Part shown: positions 28,922-38,025 of the stretch, one piece after another
Layout: each line of letters starts with the position of its first letter
Numbering within the stretch: position 1 is the stretch's first letter
The notes under the pieces: generated by a model
The model's database searches: none
Seen by the model: only the letters and a program-made list of their open reading frames with translations
What the model was told of the DNA's origin: nothing
Program-made: the position numbers and the translations under genes
Assembly (NCBI GenBank): GCA_964396445.1
Contig: CAYNFI010000004.1
Location: 1,007 to 65,006, forward strand
DNA: 64,000 bases
Direction of reading: 5' to 3'
Origin: an uncultured Candidatus Bathyarchaeia archaeon
GTDB lineage: Archaea; Thermoproteota; CALKCG01; B24; JAWCPE01

Positions 28922-29998
28922 CTAAACGTAACCTGCTTTAACGAGGAATTCCGCCACAAGGGTGGCGCCTTTAGCCGCTCCCATCTTGGTGTTATGGGAT
29001 ACTAGAACGTACTTCACACCGTTTTCCAAGGCGTTGTCCTCCCTGATCCTTCCTACGACCGTTGCCATCCCCCCGTAGGTATCCCTGTCAAGCCTCGGCT
29101 GAGGTCTGAAGGGGTCGTCGTGGACAACGATCAACTCCTTCGGAGCCGATGGTAGGTTAAGCTCCCGGAGGACGCCGGCGAAGTTCCTCATAGCCGCCGC
29201 CACCTCCTCTACGCTGCAGCGTTTCCGCGTTGAGGCGAACACGGTTTCCGTGTGGCCTTCCCTTACATTCACCCTTGTGCAGGTGCAGCTTACCTTGAAA
29301 CCCGCTGGTTTAATGGTTATATCTTCGTAGCTTCCGAGGATCTTCAGGGTTTCGGTTTGCACCTTCTCCTCCTCCATGGCGATGTAGGGGATGATGTTGT
29401 CTACGATGTCGAGGGCGAGAACCCCCGGTGAGCGACCGGCGCCTGAAACCGCCTGCATAGACGTCATAACGACTTTCTCCAACCCGAAGCTGTCATGGAT
29501 GGGTTTAAGCGAAACCACCAGCCCCGTCGTCGTACAGTTTGGTATAGGTGTGATGAACCCATTCCAACCCCTATTCTTCCTTTGAACGTTAATAATCGAC
29601 GCGTGTTCAAGGTTTACACCTGGGACTAGGACTGGGACGTCGTTTTCATACCTGAAGGCTGAGGCTGTGCTTATGACAGGTCTGCTCCTAGCCATAAGGG
29701 GTTCAAGCTCCTTAGCCTGCTCCGACTCGATAGCTGAGAAGATGATATCCACGTCTGAGAACTTGACCTCAGCCGCGTCTTCCACGGTCATCTCAAGTGA
29801 TGACGCTGGCGGCGCCTCCTCGCAGAACCATCGTAGGGCTCCGGTTTTCTCGTCTTTCAGGGCTTCCAGGTACGTTTTCCCAGCTGACCGCTTTGATGCA
29901 GCTAGGGCTGCCACCTCAAACCATGGATGCCGATCTAGGGCTACCATGAACTGTTGTCCCACAACCCCTGTAGCTCCGATAACCAGCGTTTTCAACAT
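28922..29998 (-). CDS. asd: aspartate-semialdehyde dehydrogenase
   Basis: VIGATGVVGQ NAD(P) fold, active-site IPNCTTTG, and QAVSGAG. Confidence 0.85.
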   Translation of the reverse strand: MLKTLVIGATGVVGQQFMVALDRHPWFEVAALAASKRSAGKTYLEALKDEKTGALRWFCEEAPPASSLEMTVEDAAEVKFSDVDIIFSAIESEQAKELEPLMARSRPVISTASAFRYENDVPVLVPGVNLEHASIINVQRKNRGWNGFITPIPNCTTTGLVVSLKPIHDSFGLEKVVMTSMQAVSGAGRSPGVLALDIVDNIIPYIAMEEEKVQTETLKILGSYEDITIKPAGFKVSCTCTRVNVREGHTETVFASTRKRCSVEEVAAAMRNFAGVLRELNLPSAPKELIVVHDDPFRPQPRLDRDTYGGMATVVGRIREDNALENGVKYVLVSHNTKMGAAKGATLVAEFLVKAGYV

Positions 29999-30004
29999 CG
30001 TGTT

Positions 30005-31252
30005 TCACCTCTTACCTTCCCTTAACGCCTCCTGTACAAGCTTTATAACTCTCTCCCTCTCAACCCAGTCCACGAAAACAAGGATGCTTGAAGTGATGGT
30101 TAGGATTCCGGCGATGTTGATGGCGTTTTCATGCAGGGGCCCTGCGATACTACCGATGACACCTGGGGTTTCCTCTAAACCAACACCTCTAACCTTGATG
30201 AAGGCAAGGTTCCTCCTCGCGGCGAGGGCTAAGGTTTCGCTGTGATGCTCGAGGACTACGGTGTGGAGGGCTTCAAGTAGCCTTGACGCGTTCTCTTCTG
30301 GGAGGTAGAGTATGAGGGAATCAGCGTTCGTCGACATTCCCAGGTTTGAGGCTCCCACCTTCCTAACTTCCTCTACAACGCGGCTTAGAACCTTCGGCGA
30401 GTCTGCTAGGGCTTTGCCCACGATGGTGACGGCTACAACGGGTCGCTCGTAGGCTACGTCTACGGCAAGCTCCTTTGGGAGACCGCCGTGGATGATGGTT
30501 CCCTCAGAGTCAAGCCTTCCAGCGTTGTAGTCGATAACCTTCACGTCTATGGATGGGTCCTTGTACTTCAAAGCCTTTTTATGGATAAACTTAACATCGG
30601 AATCAGCGAGGCCGGCTAAGGCTTCAACCCCTATCTCCCTGAGCACCCTTGGCTTACTCACCACCTTTGGGTCGGCGGTCATGATGCCCTCAACGCTTGT
30701 CACGAGGACGATCTGGTCGGCTTTAAGCGCCTTACCTAGGATGAACGCTGTGGTATCGCTTCCACCCCTGCCAAGAGTGGTTATGCTCCCATCCTTTGTC
30801 TTACCTATGAACCCAGGGATCACGGGGACCACGCCTCGCTCCATGACAGGTTGAACGTGTCTCTGAACGAGTTCCTCGCATAGTGGAACCGCGGGTTTGG
30901 CGTTGTTGAACGCTTCATCGGTGATTATCGGCCACTCATCGTCGGCTGGGTCGAAGTATCGGGTTTCAACACCGCATTCCCTTAAACCGGCTGTGAATAC
31001 CCGCGCGCTCGTCCTTTCACCCATGGACAGGATGTCGTCGAGTTCTTTCACGGATACATCGCTGCCACATGCCTGCTTAGCCGTTTCGATGAGGTTGTCC
31101 GTTGTTTTACCTATGGCTGAGACAACCACCGCAACCTTCGTGCCATTCTTAACCTCATCGGATACGGCCTTAATGGCTTTCAGTATCCTAGCTCCATCGC
31201 CTAAACTGGCGCCACCAAATTTCACAACGAGACAACGATTCTTCTCCTTCAC
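30005..31252 (-). CDS. lysC: aspartate kinase with C-terminal ACT domains
   Basis: VVKFGGASL, TLGRGGSDTTA, and two ACT-like repeats. GTG start. Confidence 0.85.
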   Translation of the reverse strand: MKEKNRCLVVKFGGASLGDGARILKAIKAVSDEVKNGTKVAVVVSAIGKTTDNLIETAKQACGSDVSVKELDDILSMGERTSARVFTAGLRECGVETRYFDPADDEWPIITDEAFNNAKPAVPLCEELVQRHVQPVMERGVVPVIPGFIGKTKDGSITTLGRGGSDTTAFILGKALKADQIVLVTSVEGIMTADPKVVSKPRVLREIGVEALAGLADSDVKFIHKKALKYKDPSIDVKVIDYNAGRLDSEGTIIHGGLPKELAVDVAYERPVVAVTIVGKALADSPKVLSRVVEEVRKVGASNLGMSTNADSLILYLPEENASRLLEALHTVVLEHHSETLALAARRNLAFIKVRGVGLEETPGVIGSIAGPLHENAINIAGILTITSSILVFVDWVERERVIKLVQEALREGKR

Positions 31253-31307
31253 CTTAAACCACCCCGAAGAGGACCGGAACCTTGAAGCCTAAGCGCTTAA
31301 CCAGCTC

Positions 31308-31323
31308 GGTCCCCTTAGGGACC
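31308..31323 (-). promoter_or_regulatory. hairpin GGUCCC-UAAG-GGGACC enclosing the leader-ORF stop codon
   Basis: Perfect 6-bp stem. The UAA stop of the 14-codon ORF lies in the tetraloop. A second GGUCC (31275..31271) could pair alternatively with GGGACC. Confidence 0.45.
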
Positions 31324-31359
31324 GAAATAATAGAAGTAGAAGTAGCCGAACATACGCAT
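31315..31359 (-). CDS. candidate leader peptide MRMFGYFYFYYFGP upstream of the aromatic amino-acid operon
   Basis: ATG CGT ATG TTC GGC TAC TTC TAC TTC TAT TAT TTC GGT CCC TAA. Eight of 14 codons are Phe/Tyr. It ends 62 nt upstream of the aspartate kinase GTG. Confidence 0.4.
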   Translation of the reverse strand: MRMFGYFYFYYFGP

Positions 31360-31473
31360 CGTTCTTTGACGTGTTAAGCTTCGGCTCATGGACAGGTCCT
31401 CTGGCTGCCTCAATAGTAGCTCGGCTACACCTTATAAGCTTTATGCGGGTTATGGCATTATTGGGCTAACAGT

Positions 31474-31485
31474 TTTTATTAATAG
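31474..31485 (+). promoter_or_regulatory. TATA-like box for the AOR gene
   Basis: TTTTTATTAATA lies 25-35 nt upstream of ATG 31508/31517, consistent with a leaderless or short-leader transcript. Confidence 0.4.
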
Positions 31486-31516
31486 ACCTTATGTCTTATC
31501 CGGTGTGATGCGGTCT

Positions 31517-33385
31517 ATGCTCCGGGGATATGTAGGTAAGCTTTTACGCGTTGAACTAACAAGCGATGAGTTCAGGGTTGAGCAGCTTCAGGAGGATTTA
31601 GCGCGGAATTACCTTGGAGGTAGCGGGATAGCAGCTCGGATCCTGTACGATAATCTGGACCCTATGGTTGAGCCATTAAGCCCTGAAAACATACTCGTCT
31701 TTATGACAGGTCCTTTAACAGGTACTATAGCGCCTTCCTGTGGACGGTACACGGTTTGCACAAAGTCCCCGCTGACTGGGATATGGGCTGAGTCTCACTC
31801 AGCTGGTTTCTGGGGTCCTGAGCTGAAGTTCGCAGGCTTCGACGGCGTTGTATTCAATGGAAGAGCGGAGGGCCCTGTCTATCTCTGGGTTCACGATGGG
31901 GAAGCTGAGCTTCGGTCTGCGAAGCATCTCTGGGGCTTAGATACTTATGAAACTGAGCTGGCGTTGAGGAAGGAGCTAAACGATGAAAGGGTAAAGGTTA
32001 CCTGCATCGGACCCGCAGGGGAGAGACTAGTACGGGTCGCATCAGTTCTCAACGATATGGGACGTGCGGCGGGGAGGTGTGGCACAGGCGCCGTCATGGG
32101 TTCGAAGCATTTGAAAGCCATCGCAGTTAGAGGGACCAAGGTTAACATCATCGAGGCGGCTGAGGAGGTTATGCTTAGAAGCTTCTTGAAGAAGATCTAT
32201 GTGACGATCCGCTCCCACCCCACGGTTCAAACCTTCGCCTCCTATGGCACAGATGGGCTTATGGAGATGATGCATGAGTACGGGGACGTACCGGTCAAGT
32301 ATTTCCAACGTGGGGAGTGGGCTGACGGTATACCGAGGATCAGCGGGGAAGCCATGGCGAAGACTATTCTAAAACGGTCTTACGCCTGCTTCAGATGCCC
32401 AATCGCCTGCGGAAGAATCGTGGCTGTGAAGGAGGGCCCATACGCTACAGGTGAGGGTATGGGCCCAGAGTATGAAACCTGCGCCTCCCTAGGCGCTTTA
32501 TGCCTCAACGACAGCATCGAAGCCATTGCTAAGGCTAATGAACTCTGCAACCGCTACGGGGTCGACACCATATCCACGGGCAACCTCATCGCCTTCACCA
32601 TGGAATGTTATGAAAAGAACCTTCTGACGAAGGAAGACCTAGACGGCGTTGACCTAACCTGGGGGAACGAAAAAGCGGTTATGGGGATGATCACACGGAT
32701 CGCTATGCGGGAAGGCTTCGGAAACGTTTTAGCCGAGGGTGTGCGGAGGGCTTCTCAGCGGGTCGGTAAGGGTTCAGAGGGCTTCGCTATGCATGTGAAG
32801 GGCTTAGAAGTTCCTATGCACGACCCGAGAGCCTTCAAGGGGCTTGGGCTTCAATACGCCACCTCTCATAGGGGTGCATGCCACCTCCGCGGCGAAGTCT
32901 TCTTCATCGAGCAGGGGGAGCGTATCCCAGACCTAGGCATCCATGAAAGGGTTTACAGGTTCACAACCGAGGGGAAGCCTTGGATCGTTATGACGATGCA
33001 GAACTGGCACGATGTTCTCGACGCCCTCATCCTCTGCAAGTTCACGTATCTCCCACCGGCTTCCGTAGCCGCTGTCTACTCTATGGTTACAGGCTGGAAG
33101 ACTTACCACCTAGAGCTTTTGAAGTCTGGGGAGAGGGTGTACAACCTGAAACGTGTGTTCAGCCTCAGATGCGGGGTTACAGGGCGGGAAGACACGTTGC
33201 CTCGTAGGCTGCTTCAAGAACCCTTGGCTGAAGGAGGGTCTAAAGGGGAGGTTGTTGAACTCGGTAAGATGCTACCTGAATACTACAGGCTTAGAGGGTG
33301 GAGTGAGGAAGGCATCCCAACGGTTGAGAAACTTAAGGAACTTAACCTCCACGACGTAGTCATGGATGTTCAGAGGCTAGGCTGA
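31517..33385 (+). CDS. aor: tungsten-containing aldehyde:ferredoxin oxidoreductase family protein
   Basis: The N-terminus MLRGYVGKLLRVELTS is typical of AORs. Also has GPEYET and the CFRCPIACGR cluster ligands. The ORF-track start 31388 is judged too far upstream. Confidence 0.85.
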   Translation: MLRGYVGKLLRVELTSDEFRVEQLQEDLARNYLGGSGIAARILYDNLDPMVEPLSPENILVFMTGPLTGTIAPSCGRYTVCTKSPLTGIWAESHSAGFWGPELKFAGFDGVVFNGRAEGPVYLWVHDGEAELRSAKHLWGLDTYETELALRKELNDERVKVTCIGPAGERLVRVASVLNDMGRAAGRCGTGAVMGSKHLKAIAVRGTKVNIIEAAEEVMLRSFLKKIYVTIRSHPTVQTFASYGTDGLMEMMHEYGDVPVKYFQRGEWADGIPRISGEAMAKTILKRSYACFRCPIACGRIVAVKEGPYATGEGMGPEYETCASLGALCLNDSIEAIAKANELCNRYGVDTISTGNLIAFTMECYEKNLLTKEDLDGVDLTWGNEKAVMGMITRIAMREGFGNVLAEGVRRASQRVGKGSEGFAMHVKGLEVPMHDPRAFKGLGLQYATSHRGACHLRGEVFFIEQGERIPDLGIHERVYRFTTEGKPWIVMTMQNWHDVLDALILCKFTYLPPASVAAVYSMVTGWKTYHLELLKSGERVYNLKRVFSLRCGVTGREDTLPRRLLQEPLAEGGSKGEVVELGKMLPEYYRLRGWSEEGIPTVEKLKELNLHDVVMDVQRLG

Positions 33386-33387
33386 GG

Positions 33388-34455
33388 TTAGGATAGAAGT
33401 GTCCTATGGCTTTCTCGGAGCATCTCTTGAACCGGCAATGTGTAAGGGCATCGTGGTTCACATTCGCCGCATCGCGTGCAACGGTCAGCCTTCACAGACA
33501 GTCTTTGATACTCGTTTTTACCCCAATTCCTCAAACCGTAGGTTCTTGAGCATTCGAAAAGCCTTAGGATCGTAGGGATTTCTAGGAGCTCTGGGCAAGG
33601 CATGCATAATTTGCATACGTTAAGGGTGCCAGTGCTTCTGCAATAAGGTTCTCTAGGCCTTGCCTCCAGCTCTTCACGTTCACTGGTTGTAAGCTCCTTA
33701 AACCCCTCCGCGGTCTTAACGGCGGCTTCAACTTCATCTTGGTTGAGGAATCCCGGGATTACTGTGGCAACGTCGTGTGCCAGCAGGTATCGGAGGGCGG
33801 TACAAGCGATCTCATTTTTATCAACGCCGAAAAGGGCTTTAAACTCAGGGCATTGCTCGATGGACCCCATGGCGCCGAAAGGCTTCATTACCACCACACC
33901 GATGTTTTCTTTTCGCGCCAAGGGGATGAGTTCATCGGCTGCGTGACGCGTTACGATGTTCAGGGGAACTTGGACTACGTCAAACTCGCCTGTACGGATG
34001 GCTTGGATTAACACACTCGGATAATGACTTGTTATACCTATGAAGTCCAAGTTCCCTTTGGCTTTAGCTTCCTTGAGGGTTTCAAAAACTCCATCGGGCC
34101 CTAAGACCCTTCCCAAGTCTTCATCACTGTCGACTACGTGAACCTGCACGATGTCAATCCGGTTGGTTTTAAGATAATGGAGGCTGTGCTTCACTAGGGT
34201 TTCAGCTTCACCCCTCGTCCTTAGATGAACCTTTGTGGCGAGAACGCATCGATCCCGCACCGTTTCTAGGGCTAGCCCCATCTTCTCCTCGCTGTCACCG
34301 TAGCTTCTGGCCGTGTCGAAGTAGTTGATGCCTAGGTCGAAGGCTCCCCTTACGACCTTAACGGCTGAATCCTTGCCTAGGCTCATGATACCTGCGCCGC
34401 CGAAGCCTACCACAGAGGCTTCGAGACCTGTTCGTCCGAGACGCCGCTTCTTCAA
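33388..34455 (-). CDS. aldo/keto reductase with C-terminal 4Fe-4S ferredoxin-like domain
   Basis: RRLGRTGLEASVVGFGG, FDTARSYGDSE, and C-terminal CTRCGECEPRCP. Confidence 0.8.
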   Translation of the reverse strand: MKKRRLGRTGLEASVVGFGGAGIMSLGKDSAVKVVRGAFDLGINYFDTARSYGDSEEKMGLALETVRDRCVLATKVHLRTRGEAETLVKHSLHYLKTNRIDIVQVHVVDSDEDLGRVLGPDGVFETLKEAKAKGNLDFIGITSHYPSVLIQAIRTGEFDVVQVPLNIVTRHAADELIPLARKENIGVVVMKPFGAMGSIEQCPEFKALFGVDKNEIACTALRYLLAHDVATVIPGFLNQDEVEAAVKTAEGFKELTTSEREELEARPREPYCRSTGTLNVCKLCMPCPELLEIPTILRLFECSRTYGLRNWGKNEYQRLSVKADRCTRCGECEPRCPYTLPVQEMLRESHRTLLS

Positions 34456-34619
34456 TACCTATTCTCCCTCTTCACGACCTATAGACGCGTCTATGTCGTG
34501 TTCTTAAAGTTTTATGGATGGTCGCCTGAGCATCTGTTTTCCGCTGTGAAAAATGCTTCTGCGAGGCTGAGGAAAAGCTTTTACCCCGTTTGGGCTATTA
34601 ACCCCTTGGTGGGAGGGAG

Positions 34620-35864
34620 CTGACGCAGCTTCGCTTCTTCGGTGGGGTTGAGGGAGCCATCGGCGGTAACCAGGTTCTCCTCGAGGATGGTACAGCGAAG
34701 GTTTTCATCGATTTCGGGATGAACTACGCCCTTTGGAAGGACTACTTTGAATTCATCTTCGCTGAGCCCAAGGGTTTCAGCGACCTAAGACAGGTTGGCT
34801 TGATACCAAGCTTAGAGGATTTAACGGATGTAGACGCGTGCTTCATCAGCCACGCCCACGGTGACCACTGGCGCTTCATATCGGCTCTACCTGAAGGCAC
34901 GCCGGTTTACTTAGGTGAATGTACGTTGAAGCTTGTGAAAGCCTGGGTTGAGACGCGGAGGAGGAGAAAAGGCGTTGACAGTTATGGGCATCTCTCCTTT
35001 AAAACTTTTCACAGCGGGGATAGGATGAGGGTTGGGGGATTGGAGGTTGAAGCCTACAGCGTAGACCACAGCGTCCCTGGTGCTTACGGCTTCATCTTCA
35101 ACACGTCTTCAGGACCCATTGTTTACACGGGGGATTTCAGGCTTCACGGTACTTATAAACCGGAAGTCTCAGTTCTCGACATCACCGTCGACTGCGGAGT
35201 AAGAGCGCTTATCTGTGAAGGAACAAACGTGGGTCAAGTTGTTTCCCCTACGTCTGAGCGTGACGTTGAGGAGCGTGTAACGGCGCTCCTTCAAAGATGT
35301 GAATGTCTCGCCATCGCCGACATGTCTCCAGCTGATGTTGATAGGATAAAGACCTTCTATAAGGCTTCGTTATCCGCGGGGAGGCGCCTCGTTGCCACTG
35401 AGCGCATAGTCACGGTCCTTCAGAAACTCAGCGATGATACGAGGCTTAAACCTCCAAGGGTTGGCGACGAGGTTCTCGAATACTCATGCGTTGAGGATGA
35501 AATTAGGAAGCATCCTTCAGGCTTCATCCTATGTACATCATTCTACAGCGACCGGGAAGTCCGAGAGCTTAAACCCCCGCCTGGAAGCGTATACATCCTA
35601 AGCTGCTCAGAGCCCTTCGAGGAGGAGCGTGTTATAGCCTTCCAGAGGCTTCAGAACTGGCTTCACCTATGCGGAGCCCCAACCTACCACATCCACTCCT
35701 CGGGGCACGTCTACCCAATCGACCTAAGGGCTTTCGTGAGTAGCTTGAAACCCAAGGAAGTATTCCCAATGCACACAGCTTTCCCCAACGCTTTAAAGGT
35801 CTTCATAGAAGACCTAACCCCGGTTACCGTACCCAAGAGGGCGGAAACCTATATCCTTACTTAA
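34620..35864 (+). CDS. MBL-fold metallo-hydrolase (start extended to in-frame CTG)
   Basis: HxHxDH motif (ISHAHGDHW). The conserved first beta-strands TQLRFFGGVEGAIGGNQVLLEDG lie upstream of ATG 34719, in frame. TAA is at 34599, and the only candidate initiator is CTG 34620, preceded by GGTGGGAGGGAG. Confidence 0.7.
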   Translation: MTQLRFFGGVEGAIGGNQVLLEDGTAKVFIDFGMNYALWKDYFEFIFAEPKGFSDLRQVGLIPSLEDLTDVDACFISHAHGDHWRFISALPEGTPVYLGECTLKLVKAWVETRRRRKGVDSYGHLSFKTFHSGDRMRVGGLEVEAYSVDHSVPGAYGFIFNTSSGPIVYTGDFRLHGTYKPEVSVLDITVDCGVRALICEGTNVGQVVSPTSERDVEERVTALLQRCECLAIADMSPADVDRIKTFYKASLSAGRRLVATERIVTVLQKLSDDTRLKPPRVGDEVLEYSCVEDEIRKHPSGFILCTSFYSDREVRELKPPPGSVYILSCSEPFEEERVIAFQRLQNWLHLCGAPTYHIHSSGHVYPIDLRAFVSSLKPKEVFPMHTAFPNALKVFIEDLTPVTVPKRAETYILT

Positions 35865-36372
35865 CGGCATCCTGAGGGGAACACGATGAGGGCTAAAGAG
35901 CCTGTAAAAATCCTTTTCAAGGTTAATCCATGTGTAGATAAAGCTGGGAAAACAGCGGTGACCTGTTCCTTTCAGTACATACGTGGTCAACCATCATGGT
36001 GGCTTCATAGGGGTCAATGATACAAGACGGATAATGCAGGCTCCTCTGAAGACGATCTGAGGAGAGAATATTGTGTGAAAAATGAACTTATCTCCAGGAA
36101 TCCTAACCAATAAGGAGCCTATGTTAAAAGCATTGTTGACCTAGGTCGAGTTAACCACCTGATTTTCCGCAAACAGCATCTAACAGAAGCTTCAGGGATG
36201 AATGGTTTCATTGAAACAGTAATCGAGATATACTTAATGTCTCGGGAAATTGAGTAGTTCTCGGCGGATAGTAAGGTTCATATCAGGAGATGTGATTCTA
36301 TGGTTCCCCTGACGTAGGGGAACGCTGGAGGATTTTTATCACCGTTTAAGGTTACTAAAGGAGTGTGGTAGA

Positions 36373-36948
36373 ATGTATAGTCGTCAAACTAAGTTGTATC
36401 CAACTGTCGGCTGCTGCGGCCTCGACTGTGGGCTATGCCCAAGATACTATACGGTTGGCAGTTCGAAGTGTCCTGGGTGCTTTGGACCAGATTTCCTCAA
36501 TAAACACCCATCCTGTTCCTTCATCACCTGTTGTGTGAAGAAAAAGAACCTTGAAGTCTGTGCTGAATGCAATGATTTCCCATGCCTAAAATTCGGGGGC
36601 TTCGATGCCGGCGACTCCTTCTTAACCCATCGGAAATCCATCGTTAATCTAGATTTCATAAAGGAAAACGGTGTAGAAGAATTCGTGAAACAGCAGAAAA
36701 GACGGATTGAACTACTTGGAAAGATGCTGAAGCAATTCGATGAGGGAAGGTCAAGAAGCTTCTACTGTCTCGCTGCAGCTTTGCTTTCTATTAAAGACTT
36801 GGAGAAGTCGTTGGAGTACAGCGAGCAGAGAATGGAAGCGGATAAGGTTGGTTTAAAGGACGTTAAGACCAGGTCTAAAATCCTCCGGGGGTACCTCAGC
36901 GACTTTGCAGCCAAGCAGCGAATCGAACTTAGACTGAGGAAAAGGTGA
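36373..36948 (+). CDS. DUF3795-like Cys-rich protein
   Basis: CCGLDCGLCPRYY...CPGC...CAECNDFPC cysteine pattern. AAGGAG lies upstream. Confidence 0.6.
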   Translation: MYSRQTKLYPTVGCCGLDCGLCPRYYTVGSSKCPGCFGPDFLNKHPSCSFITCCVKKKNLEVCAECNDFPCLKFGGFDAGDSFLTHRKSIVNLDFIKENGVEEFVKQQKRRIELLGKMLKQFDEGRSRSFYCLAAALLSIKDLEKSLEYSEQRMEADKVGLKDVKTRSKILRGYLSDFAAKQRIELRLRKR

Positions 36949-37050
36949 TACTCAATGAGGGGGAGTAGGTATATAATCTATTGTTGAAAACCTTACAGTG
37001 GTGGTCAGAGTTGAGAACAGAGGAACAGAGATTGAACAAATGATAAATTT

Positions 37051-37713
37051 CTACTTTCGGTTTAGAAGAGGTTTTACATAGGGCAGGATGCTTTGTAGGT
37101 CATCGCTGCGGATGACGGCATCAGCTTCCTTTTCAAGTTCAGGGCTTCGCGGGTTGAAGGCGATTCTAAACCCGGCTTCTCTGAAAAGGTATATGTCTGC
37201 CAAGTCGTCTCCAACTGCTAGGCATTGAGACACCTCGCATCCAAGGCTTCTCAAGAGCTTCTTCAGAACCTCTCCCTTCCCTTCGAAGGCAACGTTGATG
37301 ATAACCTCACCTGTCACCCTTCCATCCTTCACGATGAGCTCATTTGCGATAGCGTAGTCTAATCCAAGGTCCCTCAAAGCCTTATCCGCTATTAGGGATA
37401 AGCCTGCGCTGACCACGGCGACCTTGACGCCATGGCTTTGCAGGAAGCTCACCGTCTCCGCTGCACCGCGTGTGTATGAAATGGAAGAAACGATTCTCTC
37501 CATCTCCTCTAGGGTCTTCCCCCTCCATAACCCAGCGTCAAGGCGAGCCCACTCCTTGTAGCTGACTTGACCTCTGAAGAACATGGCAGCGTATAAAGAG
37601 CCCCTGTCCCACGTACCTAAGGCTTCATGGATGTAACGCCAAACGCTGCCCACTTTTGTAAGAGTTCCATCGAGGTCGAATACCACGAGCTTAATCCGTT
37701 TCATGCTTGGCAT
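37051..37713 (-). CDS. HAD-superfamily phosphatase (SerB-like)
   Basis: Motif I FDLDGTLT, motif II VSAG, motif IV GDDLADI. Confidence 0.8.
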   Translation of the reverse strand: MPSMKRIKLVVFDLDGTLTKVGSVWRYIHEALGTWDRGSLYAAMFFRGQVSYKEWARLDAGLWRGKTLEEMERIVSSISYTRGAAETVSFLQSHGVKVAVVSAGLSLIADKALRDLGLDYAIANELIVKDGRVTGEVIINVAFEGKGEVLKKLLRSLGCEVSQCLAVGDDLADIYLFREAGFRIAFNPRSPELEKEADAVIRSDDLQSILPYVKPLLNRK

Positions 37714-38025
37714 AGCGCGTTATCCCCAACACGTTTTAAGAAAACGGGGTTGAAGTCTCTTGGGTCTCGCCGTTCTCCTTTCTCACCAGTATACAGGGGT
37801 AGAGGAAGTGGTTGTATAACCAATCTTGCGCCACTAGCCCTCTCAGAACACTTGCGTAGAAGCCTAAGAAGATGTCCCAAGCGTACTCGCTTATGAGGGT
37901 TCTATCTGCCCCTAGGATGACCTTATAAGCTGCAGACATCTATGCCACCCATTAGCAGGCTGAGAGTATTAGCAAATATCAACTCATATATACGGGTTTT
38001 TATGGAGTTAGGGAAGGGTTGAGCT

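Noticed and set aside
31325-31332. TATTATTT as the operon TATA box, as an alternative to the leader-peptide reading
   Set aside because: This is not fully rejected. It is kept as the competing explanation in the leader-peptide finding and cannot be distinguished without TSS data.
36303-36335. Hairpin GTTCCCCT-gacgt-AGGGGAAC followed by TTTTTAT as the terminator of an unannotated sRNA
   Set aside because: The T-run is 10 nt from the stem, and the element lies 50 nt upstream of the DUF3795 gene start. A 5'-UTR structure is equally plausible, and no candidate RNA family is recognisable.
37736-37939. 67-aa ORF upstream of the HAD phosphatase gene
   Set aside because: It has no motif and is overlapped by an equally long opposite-strand ORF (37627..37896). 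There is insufficient support to call it a gene.
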